Source: Chrysomallon squamiferum
Taxonomy: Eukaryota; Animalia; Mollusca
DNA length: 64,000 bases
NCBI GenBank assembly: GCA_012295275.1
Contig: CM022669.1
Location: 19,158,001-19,222,000 of the forward strand
Direction: 5' to 3'
Positions 42,309 through 56,539 of the stretch are shown in pieces. The notes under the pieces were generated by a model, which saw nothing but the letters and a program-made list of their open reading frames with translations, had not been told where the DNA came from and ran no database searches. The stretch's first letter is position 1; the number at the start of each line of letters is the position of its first letter. Made by a program: the position numbers and the translations under genes.

Positions 42309-43352
42309 ATGAAGGTTCTAATTTTGATTGCTCTTGTTGTTCTCCTCGCCCCGGAAATGACGTCATCATGGCGTATCCGAAGAGCTTTAAGCAGAGCTGG
42401 CCGAACTCTTGGTCATGTTTTCAGGAAGAAAACATGCCAACTGAAAATGGTTTGTTGAACACTTTTATCAGAAAAACAGTTATATCGTAAATACGTCATT
42501 TATATCAAAGAATGGAAACCAGTGTGAAAGAAATGTTTACAGTAAATTAATTTCGGAAAATATTATAATAATTTAATTTAATTTTATCAAATCTATTAAA
42601 ACACTTAACACATGTTTTAAACGTTTACTATGTTTTATTTCAGTTGTTACTCGCAGTGTTGATGTTGAACTTGATGACAACATGTTAGTGAGAGAGGCCA
42701 GGGAAATCTTGGATGATTCTGATGGTGAGAAAATATTTTCAAATAGCTGAGGAATTTCTGTTTATTTAGGAAATAAAATATGTTTCCAAACATTTGTGGT
42801 AAATTTTCTATTTTTTTATTAATGGTAAAAAAGAACATCTACATCATCGACATTGCTTTCTTCTTGTTCTTATTTTTATTCTTCTTGGAATAACTAAATT
42901 TATCATCGACATCTTCTCGTGGTTCTACTTCTTAGTCTTCCCTTCAGGTTTTAAATACTTCGGATTAATGTTAATTGTTAGTAAAATCATTTGAAAGGTT
43001 TCGATGGGTTTCCCCCAGAATTATAATCTAGAATTGCATTATAGTGACTGGAATCAATGTACACTTTCCAGTTCGAAAACCATTTAGATCAGTCATTCTC
43101 TTCTTTAAAATAATGAGGAATGACCAAAAAAAGTATGTTTTTGAATTTACTGTTTCCTGTAGGTAGAAAAGATAAGAAAACAGTATTGTTCGACAGATCG
43201 TTAGACTCTGTCTGGAAACGATGCGTTGTAAATGAAAACAGAAAACATCTATTTATGTTTTGATATGAGAAAAACAAAGTCAAATTTTAATTTATATTCT
43301 AATTTCAGATGATGACGTCGTCTCCTTCAATGAGTTCCAACAACTACAGTAA
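42309..43352 (+). pseudogene. Peptide precursor copy 6, subtype A, 1-nt frameshift (pseudogene, truncated variant or sequencing error)
   Basis: Exons 42309-42449 (141 nt instead of 142), 42644-42724, 43309-43352. It reads aggaagaaaacatgcc instead of aggaagaagaacatgcc, giving ...HVFRKKTCQLKMLLLAVLMLNLMTTC* with a stop at 42686-42688. Confidence 0.75.
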
Positions 43353-44629
43353 AATTGTAAGTTATAAAAATAAATTTATGTTTTAATTTTCGTAAAGGCA
43401 TCGAGTGATTATTTGTTTATTTATTTATTTATTATTCTTGTTGTTGTTAAAAATATTTGTATTTAGGATATCATAATGTGTATTTAGTATTTTTAAATAT
43501 ATGTAACGATTTTAGATTTTATTCTTCTTTCTTTAAATAATTTTCATGGATTCTTTAAATGTTTATTTCAGAACGATTCACGAAAAATATAACATCAAAG
43601 TTACAAGAAGACATCTCAACAAACAAGATGAAAACATCACAAAAGATGTTAAATGTAAAAATACGGAATAAAAATTGTTAAATTAATTTTGTTTTGTTTC
43701 CGGTTATTTAAACCTTATAATCTTTGCTAGATAATATATACGTGATGAAAAGTGAAAAGAGAATTTGATTTGTAATACAGTTATATGAAGAAAAAACATG
43801 CATTCATCCATTCTCACAGACAGATACATTCACACATAACTCATATGTATACATATATACATAAATACGTACATTCAAACGAACACACATTTATTCACAC
43901 ACAGAATATACACAGTAAATAGGAGTAGGATGGTAAAACAGATAATAAAGTGTTTTGTCAGTTGATGCTGTTAATTAACCACGTAGTCTGGTCAATTTAT
44001 CACATTTGAACAGATGATAGAATGGATTGATATAAATGAATTAAAATATAAAATCAAAATCAAATAAACAGATGTCAGTAAATATTTTAATCATTTATTC
44101 TTTGTCACTTTTGTTTAAAATAACAGGACTTAACCTCGAACCCTGGAAACGGATCTTATTCACACTCGTTATAAATTTATTTAAAAATTAAAACGCACCT
44201 TTTCTTAATTCGTTATTTTCAAATTCCAAGGAAAATGGTAAATTACAGACATTTATTGTTAGGAAGTAAATTTTACTAATAAACAACAAGAACAACAAAA
44301 TTATTGCATTTCTCATAACATAATGAAGAACATATTATCAAACGTTTGATAATAATTACAGTCTCCTCAGCAGAATCTACTAAATATAAGATGTCACAGA
44401 AAGATGTCAGCTGAGAGATATGACGTTCTAGTACGTAATTGTTCTTACTTTATTTAATTAGTTTTGAGCTGTGGCTTCATAACATTTCAGCAAGTGAGAA
44501 ACATAATATACAATTCGAACTAGCGTTTAGCTTTTATTATTATTATTATTATTATTATGATCATCATCATCATCATCATTATCATCATCATTATTATCAT
44601 CATCATCATCATAATCATTATTATTATAA

Positions 44630-44695
44630 GTGAAAATTCAAATTTTGATTGCTCTTTGATATCCAAGCCCCGAATGTCACATTCCACGTCCATTA
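44630..44695 (+). pseudogene. Second, more decayed relic of the signal-peptide exon
   Basis: gtgaaaattcaaattttgattgctctttgatatccaagccccgaatgtcac resembles atgaaggttctaattttgattgctcttgttgttctcctggccccggaaatgacgtc. It lies in a flank homologous to that of the 38812 relic. Confidence 0.5.
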
Positions 44696-46090
44696 CACAC
44701 AAAAACACCCCAAAACAGACAACAAAACCCACAACAGAAATATACAGAAATACACCCAAATTTAACCATTGAAAGAATTGTGAGAAAATGTTAAGAATTT
44801 TAAACAAAATATTATTATTATTATTATTACTATTATTATTATTAAGAAAGACATTGATAACAGTTGCATTTATTATTATAATATCTAAAACAATTTGATC
44901 AAAACCAATTTTCACTTTTACAATCATCTCAACTTTCTGTAAGCTCTATCGCAAAAGGCTTGTAAAACAAAATATCATATTCCATATAGAATCTTTCGAA
45001 ACGTATTCTTTACATTTCATTATAACATATCAAAATCATTAACAGCACCAAGCAAATTTCTGCAAAAGCTATTTACTTTTTTACATGTGTGAGAAGGACT
45101 TTACAGAATGTTTATTGTCAGTGGCAGATATAGATAGATTTATTCATTGATTTCATTTATACCAAAAGTTATCAATATTTCAAAGCCAAATGTCTACAAA
45201 TGACGGCAAAAATTATATATATATATATATATATATAATAATAAATAAATAAAAATCGGTACACTAGTATTATGAAAACATTTATAAATATTTACCGTTC
45301 AAACTTTTTCGAACCAATTTATTTCATAGGTGTTTATTCTTTTTGTCGAATTGTATATTTAAATCCGTGTGAGCTTCTGTTGGTGTGTTATGTATGTGTG
45401 TCCTCATTTGAAGAAATAAATAGGTAAAATTTATTCAAATGTATCTGAATTTTCGTAAATATAGGGGAGAACAAATGATAATTTTATTATATATAAGACA
45501 TTTGTTTTACTTTGTACCAGTGTTTTTTACTATTTCATTTTATTTCTAATTTTTTTTTTTTTTTTTTTTTTTTCAATTTCATGGAAAATGATACACATCT
45601 ATTTTCAGTCTGCTTAAAATGTGCGTTTGATATTTTCACTTTTGGAGTCATTCATAAAGACAGATATAATGTTATTGCAGAGAAACATTAAAACAAATAA
45701 CAACGTAAATTTGAAATTGAATTTTTTATTAAGCAGATTTCAAAGAATTTTCCACAATCATGTTATACACGTTGTACATCTGTCTGAAATATAAATTTTT
45801 AGAAATAGTTTTTAAACGTTGTATTAAATTAATAATATATTGTGATTGGGCGAGTCTATGAATTTTGATGGATTTCCCAATGCAGTGATTAACAAAGAAA
45901 ACACTTATAAACAGAGAAGGCATGATTTTAACCAGAGTAAAAAAAAAAAAAAGATTAACGATGTCAATTGTAATTTTCAAAATAAGTATGTTTACATATT
46001 TTACATATTTTAAAATAAATCTTTACATTCTTTTATATTTTAAAAAGAAATTTATTTAAATTGATAAAAACTGATTTAAAACTTACTGGT

Positions 46091-46218
46091 TTATAATAGA
46101 CTCTGGAAAACGTTGTTAACAAGATCGTCATCTGAAATTATATATATATTAACAATATATACATCAGTTCTAGAGTTAAATATATTTGAAAGCAGAAATA
46201 AAAAAATAAAAATAGTAA

Positions 46219-46254
<36 letters not shown>

Positions 46255-47006
46255 CAACAACAACAACAACAACAACAATAAAATTGCAAAACGGAACATA
46301 CGCGAATATGAACAGTGAAAAGAATGAGAAATTAAATTTACATTTCTAAAGAGGATTAGACTATATATTCAAAATATCAAAACGAATAAATAATCATTAA
46401 AGAAGTATTTTACAAAATTTAAACAGTTAACTAAAGTCACAGATGTGTGTTTTATTAATACCATACCTTCAGCATCACTCAACAAATCTCTGACCTCCCT
46501 TACTGACATAGAGTCTTCAAGTTCAACATCAACATCCCGAACAGCAAAAACTGAAACCAAATACACGTTATTTAACTAACACTTCTATAAAGTGACAGAC
46601 AAGAAAAACAACAACACTCTCCTATTATATTACTATTAATTAATATTTCCGTTCAGCTTGACAAACATTTTATCACGTTTTTGTTATGTTTTATTACATA
46701 TATATTAATATAATCAGTTTTAAATTTTATTGGTTAGTATGCAATCCAAACATAAACTGCTCTATATTACAATTGAATTCATTTTTTCCTTTATTTCAGA
46801 TTTTAGTATTCAGTTCCATTCTTATTCTTACAATAAAATAATGTTTAAAAAGTGTTTTGCAAACCATTTTCAGTTGGCATGTTCTTCTTCCTGAAAACAT
46901 GACCAAGAGTTCGGCCAGCTCGGCTTAAAGCTCTCCTTATACGCCATGATGACGTCATTTCCGGGGCCAGGAGAACAACAAGAGCAATCAAAATTAGAAC
47001 CTTCAT
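46091..47006 (-). CDS. Secreted cationic peptide precursor, copy 7, subtype B, 88 aa
   Basis: Exons 47006-46865, 46550-46467, 46131-46091; core WRIRRALSRAGRTLGHVF; ...LLSDAE-DDDLVNNVFQSLL*. Confidence 0.88.
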
Positions 47007-47313
47007 CTAAAATAATTAAATGAGCAAATAATAACAAGAAAGATAGAAAATACAACATTTCTATAATATCCTTACTAATAATTTCCATATAAATGTAAAT
47101 CAGTGACATTGATGAAGATATTGGTGCAAAAAGCATGACTATAGACCAAAGGGTTTAACAGAATAACAATGTGTTTCAACATTTACAAGTATCTTTTAAT
47201 CAAAAAGTATATCAATAAACAAATCTGAAAAATACACCTGCTCTTCTAAATAATCAAACTTGACATATCTTCGTGAATGTAAAAGCAAAACTAGAGAAAA
47301 CAAGAAAACTTAC

Positions 47314-47771
47314 CTTGTATGAACGATGTATAAACAGTCGGTGACAATGGTGTTTCAAGTGAAAGCTTTTATAGAGAAACTTGTAATAATTAAACACCAG
47401 TCTGCACTGATTTGTGTGATAAGTTAAAATAGTCTTCGCACGTGCACGATGAAATTAGGTAGTCTTCATATGTTGAAAGTCAGCGGTATTAACATTACAG
47501 CGATAAACTGCGTTCTCGTTGAGTTAGCATCATCAGAATTATTATTAACAGACTGTATTTCTATTACACCAGTGTACTGAACTCCAGCGTGAGAAAACCT
47601 GTTTCATTTTCCAGATACATTTTAACACGTTCGTGAGAAAACGATTTTAAAATAACACCAAGTTATCATACAAATCAGTGCAGACTGGTGTTTAATTATT
47701 ATAAATTTCTCTATAAAAGCTTTCACTTGAAACATCATTGTCACCGACTGTTTATACATCGTTCATACAAG
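47314..47771. promoter_or_regulatory. Palindromic bidirectional promoter, pair 4 (copies 7/8)
   Basis: TATA on - at 47367-47373 and on + at 47712-47718; first exons end at 47314 and 47771. Confidence 0.75.
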
Positions 47772-48025
47772 GTAAGTTGTCTTGTTTTGTATTTCTTGTT
47801 TTAAACATAATAATTAAATACGCTCAATGTAACATTGTCGTAAATCTTGGCAAACGACTATCTTTATGGGAGTGACCTACTTAGAACCTACAGATAAATT
47901 GTGGAGAAAACATTTAAAAGCTAGAACATAGTCCAACTATCAACAATAAAATGGACGAAATGCTATACAAATTGCAGCCGTTGTTGTTGTTGTTTCATTG
48001 TAGTCATTATTATTATTATTATTAT

Positions 48026-48072
<47 letters not shown>

Positions 48073-48146
48073 ATGTTACTGCTGATGTTGTTTTGGTCAT
48101 GTTTGTATTAGTGTTTTGTTGATGCGACTGTCGTTATTTATTTTAG

Positions 48147-49266
48147 ATGAAGGTTCTAATTCTGATTGCTCTTGTTGTTCTCCTCGCCCCGGAAATGACG
48201 TCATCATGGCGTATCCGAAGAGCTATAAGCAGAGCTGGCCGAACTCTTAGTCATGTTTTCAGGAAGAAGAACATGCCAACTGAAAATGGTTTGTTGAACA
48301 CATTATCAAATTATTATTATCAGAAAAGCACAGTAATTAGGTTGTTAGTTATATCTCAAATATATAAACTATATTAAAATATGGAAATTAGTCTGAAATT
48401 TTTTTTTTTTTTTTTTACTGTAAATTAATTACACGCTTTGGATAACATTACATGATTTAATATAATCTGATGACATAAATATCTGATATCTTCAAAGTTA
48501 TGCAAACTGCGAAACACACACACACATACACACATGCACACACACTTAGCATATATGATTTAGCTGTGGTCTTCATTTCAGATGTTGTTACTCGCAGTGT
48601 TGATGTTGAACTTGATGACAACATGTTAGTGAGAGAGGCCAAAGAAATCTTGGATGATTCTGATGGTGAGAAAATAATTTTCTATTTTAATAGGAAAAAA
48701 AAAATAGAACATCTACATGGTCGTCATTGTCTTCTTCTTCTTCGAACAACTAGATTTATCATCGTTGTTCTGCTTCTCATTCTTTGTTTCTTGTTCTTGT
48801 TTTAAAAATGTGTACTTTTGTTTAATGTCAGTTATTAGAAACACAATTTTAACATTTTCGATGTTTTCATTTTCTACAGTATTACAATCTAGGATTGCGT
48901 GACAATGATTGAAACCAATGACAAACCTTTTAGAACTAAAGACAAATAATCTTTTTTAACTTATTTATTTATTTATTTTTTTAAAGAATGACAAAATGAG
49001 ACACAACACTTAACATAGCATAAGCCACAGCTATCAATTAGCACAATCGACTATTTTGCATTCAATCTTTTTCGTAGTCAGGAAAGGTAACAAAACAGTG
49101 TTTGTTCTACGGTTAGTTACACACTGGTAGGACACGATGCATAGCAAATAAAAACAAAAACCATCTGTGTATGTGTTTAATGAGAACAATAAACAAAATT
49201 TTAATTTATATTCTAATTTCAGATGATGACGTCGTTTCCTTCAATGAGTTCCAACAAATACAGTAA
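48147..49266 (+). CDS. Secreted cationic peptide precursor, copy 8, subtype A, 89 aa
   Basis: Exons 48147-48288, 48582-48665, 49223-49266: ...WRIRRAISRAGRTLSHVFRKKNMPTEN-DVVTRSVDVELDDNMLVREAKEILDDSD-DDDVVSFNEFQQIQ*. Confidence 0.9.
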
Positions 49267-49804
49267 AATTGTAAGATACAAAATTTTTGTTTTAATTTTC
49301 GTAAAATCAGTAATTTATTCTTTTTCCTTTTTTTTTATTAATAGTATATTTTTATTTTTTTTTTATTAATGATATATCTAGAGTATCACAATTTATATTT
49401 ACTACTTTTAAATGTTTATAATGGTTTTATCTGAAAATATTTTAATAGATTCTCTGTTATATTTATTTCAGAATGACAGGTAAAACATACAACATCAAAG
49501 TTATATGAGGACGTCTGAAGAAACAAGATGAAAACATCACAAAAGGTGTTAAATATAAATATACTGAATAAAAACTGTTAAACTAACTTTATTTTGTTTG
49601 TATTTATTTATACGTTATTTTTTCTGCTATGTAAATATACATGCAGAAAACAGAAGAGTGCGAGAATTTGATTTATTATATAAAAGCTATTGAATTATGA
49701 CTGAAAAAAAGAAATATGAAAAAGTAAGTCAAGATTTGAAATATAATACTTCGATGATGATGATGATGATGGTAATAATAATAACAATAATAATAATAAT
49801 AGTA

Positions 49805-49864
<60 letters not shown>

Positions 49865-50064
49865 TAATTATAATAATAATAATTGCCTCGCATTATTTTT
49901 ATGTTTTCCCAAAGACAATAATTATTTTTAGATAGGTATATACACCATTCATTCACTTTCATCTCATTGGTAAAATTATTTCTTTCTTTACCCCAGTCGA
50001 CGTGAGAACGAACAGTTCTTTCTGATGACATTATTTTTCTGACCTTAGCAATACATACAACAGT

Positions 50065-50790
50065 AAACCTAACCCTAATCTTAACTCTAGCTTAAGCCTA
50101 ACACTAATCGTAAACCTATCCATAATGCCAACCATAACCCTAACACCTAACCCTAATATTAATACTAATAATAACCCTAATCGAAACCCTAATCTTAACT
50201 TTAACTCTCACCGTAATCCTAGCGCTAAATCTTATCCTAACCATAACCCTTACCCTCACCCTAATTCTATCTTTAATGCTAACCCTAGGTTAAACTTGAC
50301 TCGAACATAACCCCTAACCCTGAACCTAACCGTAAGCCTAAATCTATACCTAACACTAATCCTAATCCTAATTCTCACTTTAACACTAACCCTAACCCTA
50401 GCCGTAAATCTAACTGTAAACCTAATCCTGCTGACAATAACCTTTACCCTAACCCAGACTCTAACCTTTACCCTAACCCAGACTCTAACCCTAACCGTTA
50501 GCTTTACCCTAACCACTTTCCGTAGCCCTAACCTAAATCCTAACCCCATATCTAACGTTTCTCTAATCTTAACACTAAAGCTAACACTAACTATAACTTA
50601 ATTCTAACACTAGCTATAACCGTAAGTCTAACAATTAGTCTAACCATAAGCCCTATTTCAACTATTACACTAACTGTAGCTTAGCCATAACATTAAGTAT
50701 TAGCCTATCCCTAACCTTATCCCAATCCACAATCGTAAACTTGAATATATTCAGAACTATCAGCCTAATCCTAAGCATAACCCTGACCGT
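50065..50790 (-). repeat. Degenerate telomere-like tract, (CCCTAA)n on +
   Basis: Repeated ccctaa/cctaac hexamer variants. Confidence 0.88.
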
Positions 50791-52268
50791 CTCGTAAACA
50801 GCTCCATTAGCTACCCAAGTTAACAACATCTTTGGTCATCTTCCCAGACAGAGTGATCATTAACTATTTTTTCGTCTTTATTTTGTTCTGTTCTCTTTTG
50901 CTTCTTCTTCTTCTTTTTCCTCTTTTTTTTTATGTTATTATTCCTTTGTTTTGTTTGTTATTTTTTTAAATTATTAATATCGTTATTATTATTGTTGATT
51001 ATTATTATTATTATTATTATTATTTTTTTTATTTTTTTATGTCTTATTTTTCATTAATTGGATTTATAAATATATTTTTCGAACGAGTCAAAATCAACTT
51101 GCGACCAGTTGGTCGGAACATAACATGGACGAAAGTCTACGACTCTGTAATATGTCTTTCAATAAAATCGAAAATCTTTTCAATCATTAATTTTTCCGCT
51201 CTAAAATCATCCAAACTTTATCTGGCCTCTGCAAGTGTAAAACTGAATCTCAGATACCATATAGAATAATTAAAAACATGTTCTTAACATTTCGTTACGA
51301 AAACATCATCATATTTCATTACAACGATAAAAATCTATCTCTAAATGCGAAATGTGTGTATATATGTGTGTGAGATAGACTTTACAGAATGTTTCTTGAT
51401 CGCACGTATCTGTAATTCAATGTGTAATTATTTTGTATGTCTACTTATATAAGTATATGTATCTCTGTACGTTCCTGTATTGTGTGTGCCATCATTTGAA
51501 GAAATATAGATATAAAATTTAGTGTACTCTGAAATTTCGTAAACATGATGATAACAGTTTTGTTTTAGTTTATGTTCGTTTATCACTTTAATGGAGCATG
51601 TTAAATAGCAGATCATTTCCAGTCTTCTAAAATGGTTTGTTTTACAGATTTAGAGTGATTCGTGAAGACAGATAGAATGTGACCGCAGATAAGCACAAAT
51701 AAGGACAAGTAAAAACATAAAGTTGATTTAAAATTATTATTTTATTAAGCAGATTTCACAGAATTTTCAACAACCATGTTATACACGTTCTTGTTAACTC
51801 TCCGCTGTTGTCTTCTGTTTGAAATAAAAATTATTTAAAAAATGTATTAAAATGAAAATACTACAATAGATAGCTATATACATTTTGTTAGAAATGAGTC
51901 TACACTAATGAAATAACATGATAAAAAAAAAAATAATAAAAAAAAATCGTATACGTATGACCAGGAAATTATTGATGTTCAACCATTTTGGCCTATTACA
52001 AAAAGTAAAATAAAATAAAATAAAATAAAATAAAAATAAAAATAAATAAATGAATAAATAAATGAAAACTAAAAAAAACAAAAACAGGAGAAATTTAGAA
52101 GCACAACTTGATTTAAATCAGTGTATACAAGGTTAATGAAGTGAATGCAAATTTTAAAAATATTTATATTTACTTTCATAACATATTTCAAATTAAAATA
52201 TTTACATTCTTACATATTTTAAACAGACATTTGTTTAAATGGAGAAAACTGATTTAAAACTTACTGAT

Positions 52269-52649
52269 TTATTGGAGATTCTGGAAAACATTGTTAACAA
52301 GATCGTCATCTGAAAAATTATTTTTAAATCTAAATGGAAATTTCATAACGCTTTTACATGTTAACATTATATACATCAGTCTTAAACTTAAACAACAACA
52401 CAAGATAAACAAATAATAGTACTACCACAACTGCTTTTGCTACTACTACTACTACTACTACTAAACAAGAAAGTAAAATAAACTACTAAAATAAAATACA
52501 AAAAAAGTAAAATAAACAGTCTATAGTTTCCTCGAAATAAAATTGAAAATTGAACAGATCAAGAATTTTACCAGTAAATTAAATTTATATTTCTGAAACG
52601 GATCTGATTGTACTAGGGTGTTCCTTTTGTTGTTTTGAGGGGGGGGGTT

Positions 52650-52688
<39 letters not shown>

Positions 52689-53457
52689 GTTTTCTTTTAC
52701 ATTTAAAATATTAAAACGAGAATATAATCATTAAAGATGTACTATATGAAGTCACAGATGTGTGTTTTTATTAATACCATACCTTCAGCATTACTCAACA
52801 AATCTCTGACCTCCCTTACTGACATAGAGTCTTCAAGTTCAACATCAACATCCCGAACAGCAAAAACTGAAACCAAATACACGTTATTTAACAAACACTT
52901 CTATAAAGTGATACAGAAGAAAAATACAATAACTTTTCCTTTATATTACTATTAATTAATATTTCCGTTCAGTTTGACAAACATTTTATCACATTTTTGT
53001 TATGTTTTATTACATATATTTTAATATAATCAGTTTTAAATTTGATTCGTTAGTATGCAATATTTAAGGGACGCCACAGAAACATAAACAGCTCTATATG
53101 TGTATTTCACTTTTTACTTTATTTCAGATTTTACTATTACCATGGCCATTACTTTCCCTTTATACTCTAAGTTAATGCTACTTAGGAATGTTGGGAAAAG
53201 TTATAATTCAGCCAACGTGTAAATGAATAAATAAATAAATAAATAAAATTATTTATGACAAATTTGATTAACTCTTCTATTCCTACATTTTTCTTAAAAT
53301 AATTATTTAACAAACCATTTTCAGTTGGCATGTTCTTCTTCCTGAAAACATGACCAAGAGTTCGGCCAGCTCGGCTTAAAGCTCTTCGGATACGCCATGA
53401 TGACGTCATTTCCGGGGCCAGGAGAACAACAAGAGCAATCAAAATTAGAACCTTCAT
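52269..53457 (-). CDS. Secreted cationic peptide precursor, copy 9, subtype B, 88 aa
   Basis: Exons 53457-53316, 52866-52783, 52309-52269; core WRIRRALSRAGRTLGHVF; ends DDDLVNNVFQNLQ*. Confidence 0.9.
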
Positions 53458-53792
53458 CTAAAATAAATAAATGAGCGAAAAATAACAACAAAGATAGCAA
53501 ATACAACATTATTACATTATCTTTACGAACAATATCCGTATAAATGTAAATCGGAGACCTCGACGAAATATTGACGCATAAGGTGAGAATACAATCCAAA
53601 GTCTGACAGAATAACAATATGTTCAATAAAATGTAAAGAATAACGACTGTTGATTCAACACTTACAAATGTCTTTTAAACGACAAAGTATCAATAAATAA
53701 ACTGAAAAATACAGCAGCCCGTCTAATTAATCAAACAATATATTTTGTCTTCGTGAATGTAAAAATGAACATTACAAAACAAGACAACTTAC

Positions 53793-54258
53793 CTTGAATG
53801 AGCGATGTATAAACAGTCGGTGACAATGATGTTTCAAGTGAAAGCTTTTATAGAGAAACTTGTAATAATTAAACACCAGTCTGCACTGATTTGTGTGATA
53901 AGTTGGTGTTATTATAAAATAGTTTTCTCACGTGATGAAACACATGTTATAAATCTGATAATATGTTGAAATGCAGCGATATTAACATTACAGTGATACA
54001 CTGCGTTCTCGTTGTGTTATCACCATCAGAATTATTATTAACAGACTGTATTTCTATTTCACCAGTCTACTGAACTTCAGCGTGTGAAAACCTGTTTCAT
54101 TTTCCAGATACATTTCAACGTGAGAAAACTATTTTAAAATAACACCAAGTTATCACACAAATCAGTGCAGACTGGTGTTTAATTATTACAAGTTTCTCTA
54201 TAAAAGCTTTCACTTGAAACATCATTGTCACCGACTGTTTATACATCGCTAATTCAAG
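53793..54258. promoter_or_regulatory. Palindromic bidirectional promoter, pair 5 (copies 9/10)
   Basis: TATA on - at 53846-53852 and on + at 54199-54205; nearly perfect inverted arms. Confidence 0.75.
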
Positions 54259-54627
54259 GTAAGTTTTTGTATTTCTTGTTTTAAATGTAATAATAAAATA
54301 AGCTCACTTTAACATTGTCGTAAATATTGGCAAACGATTATCTTTATGGGAATGACCTACTTAGGACCTACAGATAAATTGTGGAGAAAACATTTAAAAG
54401 CTTGAACATAGTCTAACTATCAACAATAAAATGGACGAAATGCTATACATATTGCAGCCGTTGTTGTTGTTGTTTCATTGTTGTCATTATTATTATTAGT
54501 AGTAGTATTAGTTGTTCTGGTAGTAGTAATAGTAGTAGTAGTAGTAGCATTACTGCTGCTGTTGTTTTGGTCATGATTGTATTAGTTTTCTGATGATGTA
54601 ATACCGTTATTTATTTATTTATTTTAG

Positions 54628-55743
54628 ATGAAGGTTCTAATTTTGATTGCTCTTGTTGTTCTCCTGGCCCCGGAAATGACGTCATCATGGCGTATCCGAA
54701 GAGCTTTAAGCCGAGCTGGCCGAACTCTTGGTCATGTTTTCAGGAAGAAGAACATGCCGACTGAAAATGGTTTGTTGAACACATTTTCAAATTATTATTA
54801 TCAGAAAAGCACAGTAATTAGGTTGTTAGTTATATCTCAAATATATAAACTATATTAAAATATGGAAATTAGTCTGAACATTTTTTTTTTTACTGTAAAT
54901 TAATTACACGCTTTGGATAACATTACATGATTTAATTTAATCTGATGACATAAATATCTGATATCTTCAAAGTTATGCAAACTGCGAAAACACACACACA
55001 CACTTAGCTGTGGTCTTCATTTCAGATGTTGTTACTCGCAGTGTTGATGTTGAACTTGATGACAACATGTTAGTGAGAGAGGCCAAAGAAATCATGGATG
55101 ATTCTGATGGTGAGAAAATATTTTCACATAGTGGATGATTTTCTTTTTATTTAGATAAATTTTCTATTTATGGAAAAAAAATAGAACATCGTCATGGTCG
55201 TCTTCTTCTTCTTCTTCTTCGAACAACTAGATTTATCATCATTGTTCTGTTTCTCATTCTTTGTTTCTTGTTCTTGTTTTAAAAATGTGTACTTTTGTTT
55301 AATGTCAGTTATTAGAAATACAATTTTAACATTTTCGATGTTTTCATTTTCTACAGTATTACAATCTAGGATTCCATGACAATGATTGAAACCAATGACA
55401 AACCTTTTAGAACTAAAGACAAATAAGTTTTTTTTAAATTTATTATTATTATTTTTTTAAAGAATGACAAAATGAGACACAACACTTAACATAGCATAAG
55501 TCACAGCTATCAATTAACACAATCGACTATTTTGCATTCACTCTTTTTCGTAGTCAGGAAATGTAACAAAACAGTGTTTGTTCTACGGTTAGTTACACAC
55601 TGGTAGGACACGATGCATAGCAATTAAAAACAAAAACTATCTGTGTATGTGTTTAATGAGAACAATAAACAAAAATTTTAATTTATATTCTAATTTCAGA
55701 TGATGACGTCGTTTCCTTCAATGAGTTCCAACAAATACAGTAA
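54628..55743 (+). CDS. Secreted cationic peptide precursor, copy 10, subtype A, 89 aa
   Basis: Exons 54628-54769, 55026-55109, 55700-55743; core WRIRRALSRAGRTLGHVF; ...AKEIMDDSD-DDDVVSFNEFQQIQ*. Confidence 0.9.
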
Positions 55744-56249
55744 AATTGTAAGATAGAAAATTTTTGTTTTAATTTTCGTAAAATCAGTAATTTATTCTTT
55801 TTCCTTTTTTTTTATTAATAGTATATTTATTATTTTTCCTTTTTTATTAATGATATATTTAGAGTATCACAATTTATATTTACTACTTTTAAATGTTTAT
55901 AATGGTTTTATCTGAAAATGTTTTAATAGATTCTCTGATATATTTATTTCAGAATGACAGGTAAAACATGCAACATCAAAGTTATACGAGGACGTCTGAA
56001 GAAACAAGATGAAAACATCACAAAAGGTGTTAAATATAAAAATACTGAATAAAAACTGTTAAACTAACTTTATTTTGTTTGTATTTATTTATACGTTATT
56101 TTCCCTGCTATGTAAATATACATGCAGAAAACAGAAGAGTGCGAGAATTTGATTTATCATATGAAAGCTATTGAAGTATCACTGAAAAAAAGAAATATTA
56201 AAAAGTAAGTCAAGGTTTGAAATATAATACTTCGATGATGATGATGATA

Positions 56250-56297
<48 letters not shown>

Positions 56298-56539
56298 TAA
56301 TTATAATAATAATAATAATAACAATAACAATAATAATAATAATTATCTCGCATTACTATTTTTAATATTTTCCCAAATCTAAGACAAGACAATAATTATT
56401 TTTAGATAGGTACATGCACCATTCATTCACTTTTATCTCATTAGTAAAATTATTTCTTTCTTTACCCCAGTCGACGTGAGAATCGAACAGTTCTTTTTGA
56501 TGACATTATTTGTTCGACCTTAGCAATACATACAACAAT

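Noticed and set aside
48289-48377. Single-exon reading of the peptide gene (...TENGLLNTLSNYYY...)
   Set aside because: Similarity between copies decays within ~15-30 nt after the G|GTTTG donor, and conserved in-phase downstream exons exist.
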